Shown here: one piece after another, positions 29,308 through 38,608 of the stretch
How positions within the stretch are numbered: position 1 is the stretch's first letter
Layout: each line of letters begins with the position of its first letter
DNA from: Bdellovibrionales bacterium
Lineage (GTDB): Bacteria > Bdellovibrionota > Bdellovibrionia > Bdellovibrionales > DASUEL01
Length of the DNA stretch: 64,000 nucleotides
NCBI GenBank assembly: GCA_050250255.1
Contig: JBFWOZ010000005.1
Location: 41,854 to 105,853, forward strand
Reading direction: 5' to 3'
Notes under the pieces: generated by a model
Told to the model about the DNA's origin: nothing
Databases searched by the model: none
Seen by the model: only the letters and a program-made list of their open reading frames with translations
Translations under genes and position numbers: made by a program

Positions 29308-30198
29308 ATGGCACAGAATGTAATAAATCACCTGATTGGGGAGTTTTTGGAGGAGCAACAGCTCATCTCCCAAGCTTCTCCACATACTTTAAGAAGTTAT
29401 ACTTCAGACCTTTTACAAGCTTTTAGCCTTAAAACGCTTCCCCCACGCAGCCGTCCGAAAACCCCTGCCCTGACAGCAGAAGCACAAAAGATTCTTTTAG
29501 AGACTTGTTATAAAGCACAAAAGAGGTGGTCATCTCTTGCTTTCGCAAGTCGCAACCGGAAGTCCGCCACTCTCAAAAGCTTTTTGAAGTGGATGTACCA
29601 TAAGGGCTATACGAATCAAAATATCGCTCATCGAATTCATGCACCCAAAGTCCCCAAAAAAATACCTCATTACATTTCTGTCGACGAGGTCGTCGCGCTT
29701 TTACACACTCTCAGCAAAAATAAAGAAGCTACGCACACTGAAAAAACGCTCGTACTTCTGCTTTATGGTGGGGGCTTACGAATTTCTGAAGCCTGTAACC
29801 TCAAATGGAATCAAGTGGATCTTTCGGCGGGGGTTTTACGCGTAAAAGGAAAGGGCTCAAAGGAAAGACTGATTGCGCTCCCGCAATTGGCTCTTCAGGC
29901 GCTTAAAAAAATGCCACATGCAAGTCATTACGTATTTGGTGAGGAGCCTCTCTCGACACGAAAAGGTTATGAAATCATTCGTCAATGCGGACGTCGAGCG
30001 GGGTTGCTCAAACCGCTTCATCCGCACGCTCTTCGTCATAGTTATGCCACGCATCTCCTTACCAGCGGTGCGGATCTGCGAACGCTCCAAGAACTCTTGG
30101 GCCACGCAAACCTTCAGGCAACGGAACGTTACCTCCATTTGTCTATCGATCATCTTTCACGTGTCATGAATAAACATCATCCTTTGGGTGAGGATTGA
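29308..30198 (+). CDS. xerC: Tyrosine recombinase XerC-type
   Basis: SPHTLRSYTSDL, YGGGLRISE, GKGSKER, HPHALRHSYATHLL..GADLRTLQELLGH, TERY; catalytic R-K-HxxR-H-Y intact. Confidence 0.85.
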   Translation: MAQNVINHLIGEFLEEQQLISQASPHTLRSYTSDLLQAFSLKTLPPRSRPKTPALTAEAQKILLETCYKAQKRWSSLAFASRNRKSATLKSFLKWMYHKGYTNQNIAHRIHAPKVPKKIPHYISVDEVVALLHTLSKNKEATHTEKTLVLLLYGGGLRISEACNLKWNQVDLSAGVLRVKGKGSKERLIALPQLALQALKKMPHASHYVFGEEPLSTRKGYEIIRQCGRRAGLLKPLHPHALRHSYATHLLTSGADLRTLQELLGHANLQATERYLHLSIDHLSRVMNKHHPLGED

Positions 30199-30229
30199 CT
30201 CTCAACCGTGCTCGACTTACCTTCACGGA

Positions 30230-30751
30230 GTGAAAAAAAAGGCCGTATTTTTAGATCGCGATGGAACTATTATCATTGATAAAATCTATCTCAATGATGT
30301 GAACGGCGTAGAGTATATCCCGTATGCTTTGGATTCCCTTTTAAAGTTACAACAAGCAGGTTTTCTTCTTCTTGTGGCGACCAATCAATCCGGTGTCGCA
30401 CGTGGAATTGTTCAACTAGAAAACCTTCATGCGATTCATGAAAAAATACAGCGCGACTGTGTCGCTTTGGGAGTCCAGATCGATGGATTTTATTACGCTC
30501 CCTACTCTGTGGAGAGTCATCATGAAATGAGAAAACCAAATCCGGGTATGCTTCTTCAGGGAGCAAAAGAGCATCAGGTGGATCTCAGCAAAAGCTACAT
30601 GATAGGAGACCGTGAATCTGACGTCGAAGCTGGCCTCAATGCCGGCACAAAAAGTATTCTTCTTTCTCCAAAGCAGGTTCCCTCTAAAGCGCATTTCATC
30701 TGCGAAGATTTACGTTTAGCGACCGACTTTATCCTCCGCGCTAGTCAATAA
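30230..30751 (+). CDS. gmhB: D,D-heptose 1,7-bisphosphate phosphatase-like HAD phosphatase
   Basis: AVFLDRDGTI, TNQSGVARG, RKPNPGML, MIGDRESD motifs; probable GTG start at 30230. Confidence 0.88.
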   Translation: MKKKAVFLDRDGTIIIDKIYLNDVNGVEYIPYALDSLLKLQQAGFLLLVATNQSGVARGIVQLENLHAIHEKIQRDCVALGVQIDGFYYAPYSVESHHEMRKPNPGMLLQGAKEHQVDLSKSYMIGDRESDVEAGLNAGTKSILLSPKQVPSKAHFICEDLRLATDFILRASQ

Positions 30752-30780
30752 ATAGCGCTTATTATCACGCCCGTATCTCA

Positions 30781-30851
30781 ATCTCAGACTGAGATGTCCC
30801 GCTTTGATTAAATCAAATTACGCTTCAGAGTCCCCTCGTTAATACCGAAAA
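30781..30851 (+). promoter_or_regulatory. ATCTCA-GAC-TGAGAT palindrome plus putative sigma-28-type promoter
   Basis: Perfect palindrome at 30781-95; TCAG-N15-ACCGAAAA at 30825-51, upstream of the FecR-domain gene. Confidence 0.5.
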
Positions 30852-30868
30852 TACTATGAGGGATTATT

Positions 30869-32230
30869 ATGCTTCGAATAGATATGAGACACGTTATTTT
30901 GGTTTTAATTACTTTCTTTCTTCTCAGCGCTTCTGTGAGTCGCGGGGCGGATGGCGTTTTCATGGTCGTCAAGGGCGACGTGAAAGTCCAGAGCAAAGGA
31001 AAACTTGCGCCCGCAAAAGTGGGTTCAAAAGTTTTTCCTGCGGACAAAATCATCGCGGGTAAAGATTCTCGCGCAAAAGTTGTGATGTCCGATAAAAACA
31101 TTCTTAACATCTCTCCTGACACTCAACTTGTCGTAGAGAAATACGTTTACGACCAAGCAAAAGATAAAAAGGAAGTTTCTCTCAATGTTCTCTATGGAAA
31201 AGTAAGAGCAACCGTAAATCAGAAATACGATGGGGATAAAAATAAGTTCCAAGTCAAAACTCCATCGGCTGTTGCCGGAGTTCGCGGAACCGACTTCTTG
31301 ACATCCTATAGTCAATCAACAGGTGCATCCAAAATCGTAACCTTTGAAGGTAGCGTGCAGATGGGTTCCGGCGTAGATGCAAATGGAAACATTTCTAATC
31401 CTGTGATGGTGAACCCTGGGCAATTTAGTGTGGCTTCAACAAACGGTACCTCACCCACACCACCAGCCGCAGTTCCTCCTGCCGAATTAAAAGCCATGAA
31501 TCAAGAGACCAAAGCGGAAACAGCTTCAGGTGAGCGCGCAGTTGCGGGCGAATCTCAAAGCGGTGAAAACAAAAAAGATAATAAGGAAAACAAAGATAAC
31601 AAATCTGAGAAATCAGAAGGTAAAGCCGACAAAGAAAAGTCAGAGGGAAAGTCTGATAAAGAGAAGTCAGAAAAATCTGACGGTAAATCAGATACAAAAT
31701 CTACCAAGACAGAGGGCAAAGGCGATGCAAAGGGTGAAGCGAAAAACGATGCCAAGCCTGGTGGTAAACCTGTAGTAAAAGCAGAGGGTAAAGGTGAAGC
31801 GAAGGCCGAACCTAAAGCTGAGCCCAAAGCCGAAGCTAAATCCGAAACGAAATCAGATACGAAATCGACCGATGCGCGCGGTCCTGAACCAAAAGGCGGT
31901 GGAGATAAAACCGCAGGCTCAGATCCTAAAGCAAATCCTGAGGGCGGTCGCGCACCTGCGGCGACAGGACCTGGACCCGGTCCTGGTGGTCCTGCCCCAG
32001 CACCGGGCGGTGGACCGGCTCCTATGGGTCCTGGAATGAATGGGCCACCTATGCCCCCTCCTTCTATGCTTGGGGATATGTCTAAGGAGCTTCCTCCAGA
32101 AATGCCACCTATGATTATGCCTCCTGAACCTCCGCCAACTCTTGGTGAAATCTACAAACCACCGGAGTTGTCACCAGATTTGATTCAACAAAAGACAAAT
32201 CTGATCATCAATATCAACGTTCCTCAGTAA
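30869..32230 (+). CDS. Secreted FecR-domain protein with long charged and Pro/Gly-rich low-complexity tail
   Basis: Signal peptide; VKGDV, YGKVRA.V, FQVKTPSAVAGVRGTDF, VTFEGSV FecR motifs; EKSEGK and KAEP repeats; GPGPG/PPP tract. Confidence 0.85.
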   Translation: MLRIDMRHVILVLITFFLLSASVSRGADGVFMVVKGDVKVQSKGKLAPAKVGSKVFPADKIIAGKDSRAKVVMSDKNILNISPDTQLVVEKYVYDQAKDKKEVSLNVLYGKVRATVNQKYDGDKNKFQVKTPSAVAGVRGTDFLTSYSQSTGASKIVTFEGSVQMGSGVDANGNISNPVMVNPGQFSVASTNGTSPTPPAAVPPAELKAMNQETKAETASGERAVAGESQSGENKKDNKENKDNKSEKSEGKADKEKSEGKSDKEKSEKSDGKSDTKSTKTEGKGDAKGEAKNDAKPGGKPVVKAEGKGEAKAEPKAEPKAEAKSETKSDTKSTDARGPEPKGGGDKTAGSDPKANPEGGRAPAATGPGPGPGGPAPAPGGGPAPMGPGMNGPPMPPPSMLGDMSKELPPEMPPMIMPPEPPPTLGEIYKPPELSPDLIQQKTNLIININVPQ

Positions 32231-32250
32231 GCTCATCATCAAAACTCTAC

Positions 32251-32288
32251 CAAAGGTCTGGCTAAGATAGTCAGACCTTTGTGTTTTT
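32251..32288 (+). terminator. Hairpin/terminator between the FecR and TPR-barrel genes
   Basis: CAAAGGTCTGGCTA-AGA-TAGTCAGACCTTTG followed by TGTTTTT. Confidence 0.6.
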
Positions 32289-32370
32289 GATTTACCCACG
32301 GTTTGCGGGATACAGCCTGATACGTTATCCTAGAAAGACTTCTCTAGATTTTACAACAAGGAGTAAAGGC

Positions 32371-34482
32371 TTGCTTACACCGTGGCTTCTTCGCATGGGT
32401 TTCATCGTGGTTCTCATGAGTCCCCTTTTTTCGTTTTCTTCACATGCTCAAACAGTCAGAGTGCTTTACTCGCGCAGTGAATGGAACAAGTCTCCGCTTC
32501 GCATTGATTCCATTGCGATTCTGATTCGAGATCAAAAAAATGGTAAAATCGTACAGATGCTTCTTAACGAAAGCACCATCGATTCTGGCCACTTCACCGG
32601 CACTTACCGTGTGCAGTGGGATGAAAAAAACTTAGAACCCGAAGTCTACATACCAAAGAATAATACCGGCCAACTCGATAAACCCCAAGGCTCGCTCACT
32701 GCAGATCATTCAGCCGAAGCGCTCATTCGCTCTCAGAAAGTGGCGCGCACACCTTACGTTATGAGAAAAGATGAGAATGGCGAGCGCGTTCTTGAAATTT
32801 TCAATACACGTGAGGAAGCCTCGCAAGCTCTGCAAAATTACAAAGCCGCCCTTAAAGCAAAACCAAAAGCCGACGAGACGGTGACCGAATCTCTTCTCGA
32901 GACCGCCGAGAAAGCGAAACAATCCGAAGAACTCGTGAAAAACACCAAGGAAGCCATGGTCCGAGAGAGTGAGCGAAAAAAACTTCTCGATGAGCAGAAA
33001 AAACGACGTCAAGAAATGGTGCTCGCAATGGGAAAAATGCCTGCCGCCGAACAAGCGCGAAGAAAAAAAGTGAGCGCGGGATTACTCAATCAAGGGATGG
33101 AGTCTTATCATGCCAATGTCTACGATAAAGCTAATACTTTACTTAAACAATCCTACGATCTAGATCCCACCAACACTGACGTTATTTTTACTCACGGCGT
33201 AGTCCAATATAAGTTGGATAAAAACAATGAGTCTCTTGTATCCTTAGATCTCGCTAATGACGGAAAAGGAAAGTTTAATAAGAACGAAAGAGATTTTTAT
33301 AAAGCTCTCAACTACTACAAGTTAAACGAAAATGCTCACGCTTTAAAAACATTAAAAAATTTAAAGTCCTTAAAAGATCCTGCTATTTCTCCCACATCCG
33401 CCTTTTACGAAGGTCTCGTTCTTTTTAAAGAAGCGAAATACGATGAGGCGAAAAATTCGTTTCAAGAAGTCCTCGATACTTCCTCCGATCCGGCCCTTGA
33501 CCAGAAGGCTGAGGAGTATATGGAACAAATTGATAAAGCAAAGGCTTATGCTAAAAACAGCGAGAAGAAATGGTTTCTAGGGATGACGGCAGGAATGCAG
33601 TATGATTCCAACGTCTTGCTTGTAAACTCTTCTTCGCCAAGCTCTTCAGATCCTAGCCAAGTTGCAGATTATCGTTACCTTACAGGTTTCAGTGCTGAGC
33701 ACCGTGCGCTCTACTCAAAGGAGTATGAACTAAGCATCAAAGGACGAGCGGATTTAATGTATTCGACGAAAGCCGAAAACGTTGCCGCCGATCCCCTCGC
33801 CTACTCTTTAAAGGTCCCTTACAAATACAAAGGCATGCTCTTTCAAAAAGGTTTTACAGTTACCGCAACACCTGGATATGAAGTTCTCAACTTGGATGAA
33901 AACAGATCAGGAGCCAATAAAGATTATATCTCTACGATTCCCGAAAAAGATTTATACCTCACCTCTTATACCGGTGATTTAGCTACTATGTTTGTGATGA
34001 CACAAGATTGGTTTACAGGCCTCACTCTCAAGTTACGCAGTGATTACTCGAGCTCTAAAGCCGCAACCGGCGATAATGATCCAACAGCTTTTAAGTACAC
34101 GCTCACTTATAACAACATGCTTTTTCTCAATACAAAAAAGAATCAAGCCGTGTTGGCAGATATTGGTTTTACCGACAACCGATCGTTAGGAAAAAACCTG
34201 ACCTACAACAAGTATGATTTAGCCGCGACCTACATGCATCCGCTCTTCTACGATATACAGGGTATTTTTCAGTTAGCGATGTACCAGTCAAATTATCCAG
34301 ATAAAAGTGGCGGACGCACAGATACGAACACGACGATGCTCTTAAATTTTTCAAAACCGCTTTTGGAATGGTTATCGCTCTCGTTTGGCGGGAACTATAT
34401 CAACAATCAATCCACGCTGACCGCAAACACTTACAACAAGTATACGATCACAACGACGCTCTCGGCGAACTATTCGTTTTAG
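32371..34482 (+). CDS. TPR-repeat protein with C-terminal outer-membrane beta-barrel
   Basis: Probable TTG start at 32371 after AAGGAG; signal peptide; TPR helices; GMQYDSNV barrel start; terminal ..TLSANYSF (BAM beta-signal-like). Confidence 0.75.
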   Translation: MLTPWLLRMGFIVVLMSPLFSFSSHAQTVRVLYSRSEWNKSPLRIDSIAILIRDQKNGKIVQMLLNESTIDSGHFTGTYRVQWDEKNLEPEVYIPKNNTGQLDKPQGSLTADHSAEALIRSQKVARTPYVMRKDENGERVLEIFNTREEASQALQNYKAALKAKPKADETVTESLLETAEKAKQSEELVKNTKEAMVRESERKKLLDEQKKRRQEMVLAMGKMPAAEQARRKKVSAGLLNQGMESYHANVYDKANTLLKQSYDLDPTNTDVIFTHGVVQYKLDKNNESLVSLDLANDGKGKFNKNERDFYKALNYYKLNENAHALKTLKNLKSLKDPAISPTSAFYEGLVLFKEAKYDEAKNSFQEVLDTSSDPALDQKAEEYMEQIDKAKAYAKNSEKKWFLGMTAGMQYDSNVLLVNSSSPSSSDPSQVADYRYLTGFSAEHRALYSKEYELSIKGRADLMYSTKAENVAADPLAYSLKVPYKYKGMLFQKGFTVTATPGYEVLNLDENRSGANKDYISTIPEKDLYLTSYTGDLATMFVMTQDWFTGLTLKLRSDYSSSKAATGDNDPTAFKYTLTYNNMLFLNTKKNQAVLADIGFTDNRSLGKNLTYNKYDLAATYMHPLFYDIQGIFQLAMYQSNYPDKSGGRTDTNTTMLLNFSKPLLEWLSLSFGGNYINNQSTLTANTYNKYTITTTLSANYSF

Positions 34483-35519
34483 ACGTCAGACTGTGGCTGG
34501 TTTATATAAGTGTAGTAAAATTGATGATAAGCCACCCGCATAACGGCGAAGATGGGTGGTGCAATAAAAATTCCGAGCAAACCCATCCAGCTTCCAAAAA
34601 TAAGCATAAAAATCAAAAGCGGAACTTCTGGAAGATCCGCTTGCCCTCTCATTACGAGTGGAAGCACAAGGTTTCCTTCGATCTGCTGAGTAAGAAAAAA
34701 GACACCGACCACCCAAGGAATACGACTCGGGTCAGAAGCGAGCATGATAAGCACCGCCACAACCACCATCACCAAGACACCAATATAAGGAATGATTCCA
34801 AAAATGGCGGTTAAAATTCCAAAGAGAACCCAGTACGGAGCGCCCACGGCCCACAATCCAAGGGCCGTAATGCTTCCAACAATAACCATGTCAATGAGTT
34901 GAGCACGAAACCAAATACGAAGAACACTTGCACTTTCTTCAAAAAACTTTTGGGCCTTATGCCTATGACGGATCGGAAAAACTTCGACCATCGAAGCGTA
35001 GTAAGACTTTGCACCTACCGCTGTGTAAAGGCCGATAAAAATAGCAAATAGGGCTCCAGACACGGCTCCAATTCCAGAATATAAACCTACAGAAATTTGG
35101 CTGAGAGTTGTTTGAACGATAGCCCCCAACTGGATTTCTTCGATTTGAGAACCAAGCCAAGGAAAACGTCGAAGGGCTCGAGTCGCGAGCTCAGAAAGTC
35201 TTTTCCCAATCTCTGGTGCTTGTTCTGCAAGTGCGATGGCTTGATCCGCAGCAACCAAATAAATGCCATACCCAAGTCCCACTAAGAATAAAGTAAAGAG
35301 AATGAAAAGAAAAAAAGCACTTAAGGCGCGCGGAATATTATAACGAACTCGCAGCAGCCTTAAAATCGGAGAAATCAATACGCCAATTCCTACGCCAATC
35401 AAACACGTTAAGACAACGGTGCGTGCAAAATAAAGAAGGGCTACAAAGCACACAAGAAAAACGGCATACGTGATAAGCATGACTTGTCGCTTGAAGGATT
35501 CGTTGTTTAATAGACCCAT
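34479..35519 (-). CDS. AI-2E family transporter
   Basis: Multi-TM; IIPYIG, QQIEGNLVLP, GLLGIFIAPP motifs. Confidence 0.9.
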   Translation of the reverse strand: MGLLNNESFKRQVMLITYAVFLVCFVALLYFARTVVLTCLIGVGIGVLISPILRLLRVRYNIPRALSAFFLFILFTLFLVGLGYGIYLVAADQAIALAEQAPEIGKRLSELATRALRRFPWLGSQIEEIQLGAIVQTTLSQISVGLYSGIGAVSGALFAIFIGLYTAVGAKSYYASMVEVFPIRHRHKAQKFFEESASVLRIWFRAQLIDMVIVGSITALGLWAVGAPYWVLFGILTAIFGIIPYIGVLVMVVVAVLIMLASDPSRIPWVVGVFFLTQQIEGNLVLPLVMRGQADLPEVPLLIFMLIFGSWMGLLGIFIAPPIFAVMRVAYHQFYYTYINQPQSDV

Positions 35520-35599
35520 CTCTGTTCGATCTCATGGGGTAAAGAAAGTGTCAATTCTACGATCACCGGTGGGGCAAAATTCATCGTGAGTCGCATGAT

Positions 35600-36181
35600 T
35601 TAAGATAAAAGTTTTTCCAACGACTTCTCGACCTGGATGCGAGAAGTCTTGGAAGGTAAGGATGCATACAAAGCTTCATGGTCTCGAACAGAGGAAACCA
35701 AAAGGGTTTCAATTCCTTCTATTTGAGGCAGAACGCCTTGGAGAGAGAGGAGCTTCGTTTGAAATTGTAACTTCAAAATTTCTAGCTGGCGGCTTTTTTG
35801 AGCCGCCTCTAAAGAATGCCCTAACAAATCAAAGAGCGGCGAGAAATCAATAATACCCTCATGACTTAATCGTTCAACAACCGCTACAAAGTAGAGCGCC
35901 GTCTCAATACGTTCATAATTTTCGCGAAGACCATCAAATGTTTTTATGAGCTGAGCTTCCGTCAGTCGGTGAAGGCCCCCTTCACGCGTAGATCTTTGAA
36001 ATTGAATATGAACGTAATGTGTAGGCTCAAGTGTCCCACCACCAAAACGTTTGCGGCTTTGGACCGCGGACTTTGCGAAAAAACTCATTTTGGCGCCTTG
36101 ACGAGTGAGCCCATGCACAATGAGGTCGCCCTCTCCATGACGGATGGTGCGCAAAATAATAATCTTTTCTTCTTCTTTCAT
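35600..36181 (-). CDS. recO: DNA repair protein RecO
   Basis: IILRTIRHGEGDLIVHGLT..GAK...AKSA..SRKRFGG.LEP OB-fold N-terminus. Confidence 0.88.
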   Translation of the reverse strand: MKEEEKIIILRTIRHGEGDLIVHGLTRQGAKMSFFAKSAVQSRKRFGGGTLEPTHYVHIQFQRSTREGGLHRLTEAQLIKTFDGLRENYERIETALYFVAVVERLSHEGIIDFSPLFDLLGHSLEAAQKSRQLEILKLQFQTKLLSLQGVLPQIEGIETLLVSSVRDHEALYASLPSKTSRIQVEKSLEKLLS

Positions 36182-36190
36182 GGCGTCCTA

Positions 36191-37543
36191 TTAAGTCGCA
36201 AGCGAACTATAATAATAAAGACCAAAAAGCACCGAGATCGCGCTGATATCCGCAAGAATAGTAAACAAAGGAACCGATACAAACGCAGGATCAAGTTTTA
36301 ATTTTTGTAAGAGCACGGGAATAAGACTTCCGGTGATGACGGTAAGAATAATTTGGAGGCCTAAACTACAACCCAAGAGGACTGAGAGGTTCGCCTGTCC
36401 AACGAGCCAACGGCACCAAATAAATAAAAATCCCCCGAAGAGCACGCTAAAGATCGAACCGAGTTGCACTTCTTTGAGAAGATGAGCCGTAACTCCACTA
36501 AAAGAGAATTCTCCGTGTTTGGCCGCACCGACCGCCACCGTTGCGGATTGGTTTCCTGCTGTAGAGCCCAAAGAAAGAAATAGGGGAATAAATCCAGCTA
36601 AGGCCCACCAGGTTTCACGTTTATCGTCAGGAACAATCAATTCAAAAATAAAAAAGCACAAGATACCGCCACCAAAAGTGAGAAGAAGCCACGGAAAACG
36701 TGCCTTAAAGTGCCCAGCAATCGTCTCCTCTCCACCCCAGCCGGCACGCCCCATGGCGAGGAGATCTTCATGAGCTTCCTCACGAATAATATCGATGACG
36801 TCATCTACCGTGATAATTCCCACAAGTTTTCCGCTGTCTACCACCGGAAGCGCAAGGAAGTCATAGCGCTCGACAACCTTGGCTACATCTTGCGGAGGAA
36901 GATCAATCGCCACACTGATGATATCGGGATCCATAATATCTTTTAAAGCCACGTTCGGGCGAGAAAGAATCAAGTCCTTCACGCTTAATACGCCGACAAG
37001 ATTATTTGTTTCATCAATGACGTAAATATAAATTGCCGTATAGGAGTCTTCTTCTCGGCTTTGAATTTCTTTAATGGCATCAGAGACACTCAAGTTACAA
37101 TTGAGCGCAAGGTAATCGGAGCTCATGATTGCACCCGCTGAATCCTCAGGGTAGCTCATGAGATCAGCAACGTCTTCGGATTCCTCTTTCACCATGCTAG
37201 CGAGAATGTCTTCTGACATGTTTTCAGGAAGTCGACCTAACAGATCGGCCGCATCGTCAGAATCCATTCGCTGAACAATCTGATTCGCTTCTTTAGGTTC
37301 AAGACTCTGAAGAAGCTCTACCTGCGTATTGGGCTTGAGATAACTGATCACATCGGATCGTTTATCCATCGAAGCAATCATTTTGAAAATCGTGAGACGT
37401 TCGTCGGCTTCTAGTTCCTCAATGAGAGTTGCGATATCGGGTGTATGCGCTTTTTTCAGAATTTTCTGGACGTTCTGTAAAGCTCCCCGTCTGGAGAGCT
37501 TTCGAATGCTCGAAATGAGGATGGAAGCGCGGCGATCGATCAT
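36191..37543 (-). CDS. mgtE: Magnesium transporter MgtE
   Basis: MDSDDAADLL, YPEDSAGAIM, CBS pair, GIITVDDVID, KARFPWL, DPAFVSVP..T...D. Confidence 0.95.
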   Translation of the reverse strand: MIDRRASILISSIRKLSRRGALQNVQKILKKAHTPDIATLIEELEADERLTIFKMIASMDKRSDVISYLKPNTQVELLQSLEPKEANQIVQRMDSDDAADLLGRLPENMSEDILASMVKEESEDVADLMSYPEDSAGAIMSSDYLALNCNLSVSDAIKEIQSREEDSYTAIYIYVIDETNNLVGVLSVKDLILSRPNVALKDIMDPDIISVAIDLPPQDVAKVVERYDFLALPVVDSGKLVGIITVDDVIDIIREEAHEDLLAMGRAGWGGEETIAGHFKARFPWLLLTFGGGILCFFIFELIVPDDKRETWWALAGFIPLFLSLGSTAGNQSATVAVGAAKHGEFSFSGVTAHLLKEVQLGSIFSVLFGGFLFIWCRWLVGQANLSVLLGCSLGLQIILTVITGSLIPVLLQKLKLDPAFVSVPLFTILADISAISVLFGLYYYSSLAT

Positions 37544-38529
37544 GAAGCCAGCTTATCAAAGTCAGGACGTTTGCGTCTAAAATAAAAAATAGAACCAAAA
37601 ACACCCCAAGACAGCATCACGATTTGATTCGCCGTAATGGCAGTTGGCCCGATAGTGCTTTGATATCCTAAATACATCGTGAAGAGAGCTAAGAAAGCCG
37701 CTTGCCCAACTCCAATTCCTGCCGGAGCAATAGGCGCTGCCATCGCAATAAGCCCCACGGGAACGATGAAAAAATAAGCCTGCCAAGGAATCGCGGCACC
37801 CATAGCCTCACCGACGAGAATAAAAAATATCACGGCAATCGATTGCGAAATAACACTCAAAATAAGGGCTAGAAAAAGAGTGCCCGTGTGGCTCCGGTAT
37901 TCATAAAAAACTTCGTGAAGACGCTGGAGAATTTTTCCGCCAGGGAGACGTGCAAAAATACTTTGAAACGCGTTTTTCGAACGGCCTGAAAAGGAGAGAG
38001 CTAAGATGAGACCAAAAATAAGAAATAATGCGAAAGCTCCTATCGCGAGAGTGCGTAAATCCTCTTTCCCATCCATCAAATGGTAATTTGCCGCGAGTGC
38101 CACAAGGGAAACCACCACCATAGAGAAAAAACCAATAAGACGATCGATAAAAATACTTGCCGCTGAAGCGAGTTTTCTCTCGGGATAATCTTGAGTGGTA
38201 TAATAACCTTTTACTAGATCGCCCCCAACTCCACCTGGCATCGCAAGGTTAAAGAAAAGACCGATAAAACTCAGTTTCAACGTGGACCAGTATGTGACCG
38301 CAAAACCCTGACATCGTAAAAGGATGTACCAGCGAAAGTTATTGATGCAGATATTGACCAAAGTAACTAGATATCCCAAGAGTAAAAAAGTCGGAGTGAA
38401 TATGGTCATCAGTTGGTTAAAATCTAAATGTCCACTCTTCACAAGCCAGGCGATCAAGCCAGCGGCAACGAGGACTTTTACGAGGGTGATTATGTTGTTT
38501 TTCATCTTCTTAGAATCCATAGACCTCAT
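37540..38529 (-). CDS. Lysylphosphatidylglycerol synthase TM-domain (flippase-like) protein
   Basis: RWYILL, FIGLFFNLAMPGGVGGDLVK, IDRLIG, PIAPAGIGVGQ motifs. Confidence 0.88.
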   Translation of the reverse strand: MRSMDSKKMKNNIITLVKVLVAAGLIAWLVKSGHLDFNQLMTIFTPTFLLLGYLVTLVNICINNFRWYILLRCQGFAVTYWSTLKLSFIGLFFNLAMPGGVGGDLVKGYYTTQDYPERKLASAASIFIDRLIGFFSMVVVSLVALAANYHLMDGKEDLRTLAIGAFALFLIFGLILALSFSGRSKNAFQSIFARLPGGKILQRLHEVFYEYRSHTGTLFLALILSVISQSIAVIFFILVGEAMGAAIPWQAYFFIVPVGLIAMAAPIAPAGIGVGQAAFLALFTMYLGYQSTIGPTAITANQIVMLSWGVFGSIFYFRRKRPDFDKLAS

Positions 38530-38608
38530 TGACGTTTCGCTCTAAAAACACCTAAAATGTCGACTTCTTTGGACATACGATTTAAGTCTTTCGCATGAGG
38601 GAAGTAAA

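Noticed and set aside
29308..30198. xerC as the integrase of a genomic island or integron
   Set aside because: Housekeeping XerC length and motifs, no IntI-specific insertion, core-gene neighbours and no attC-like array next to it.
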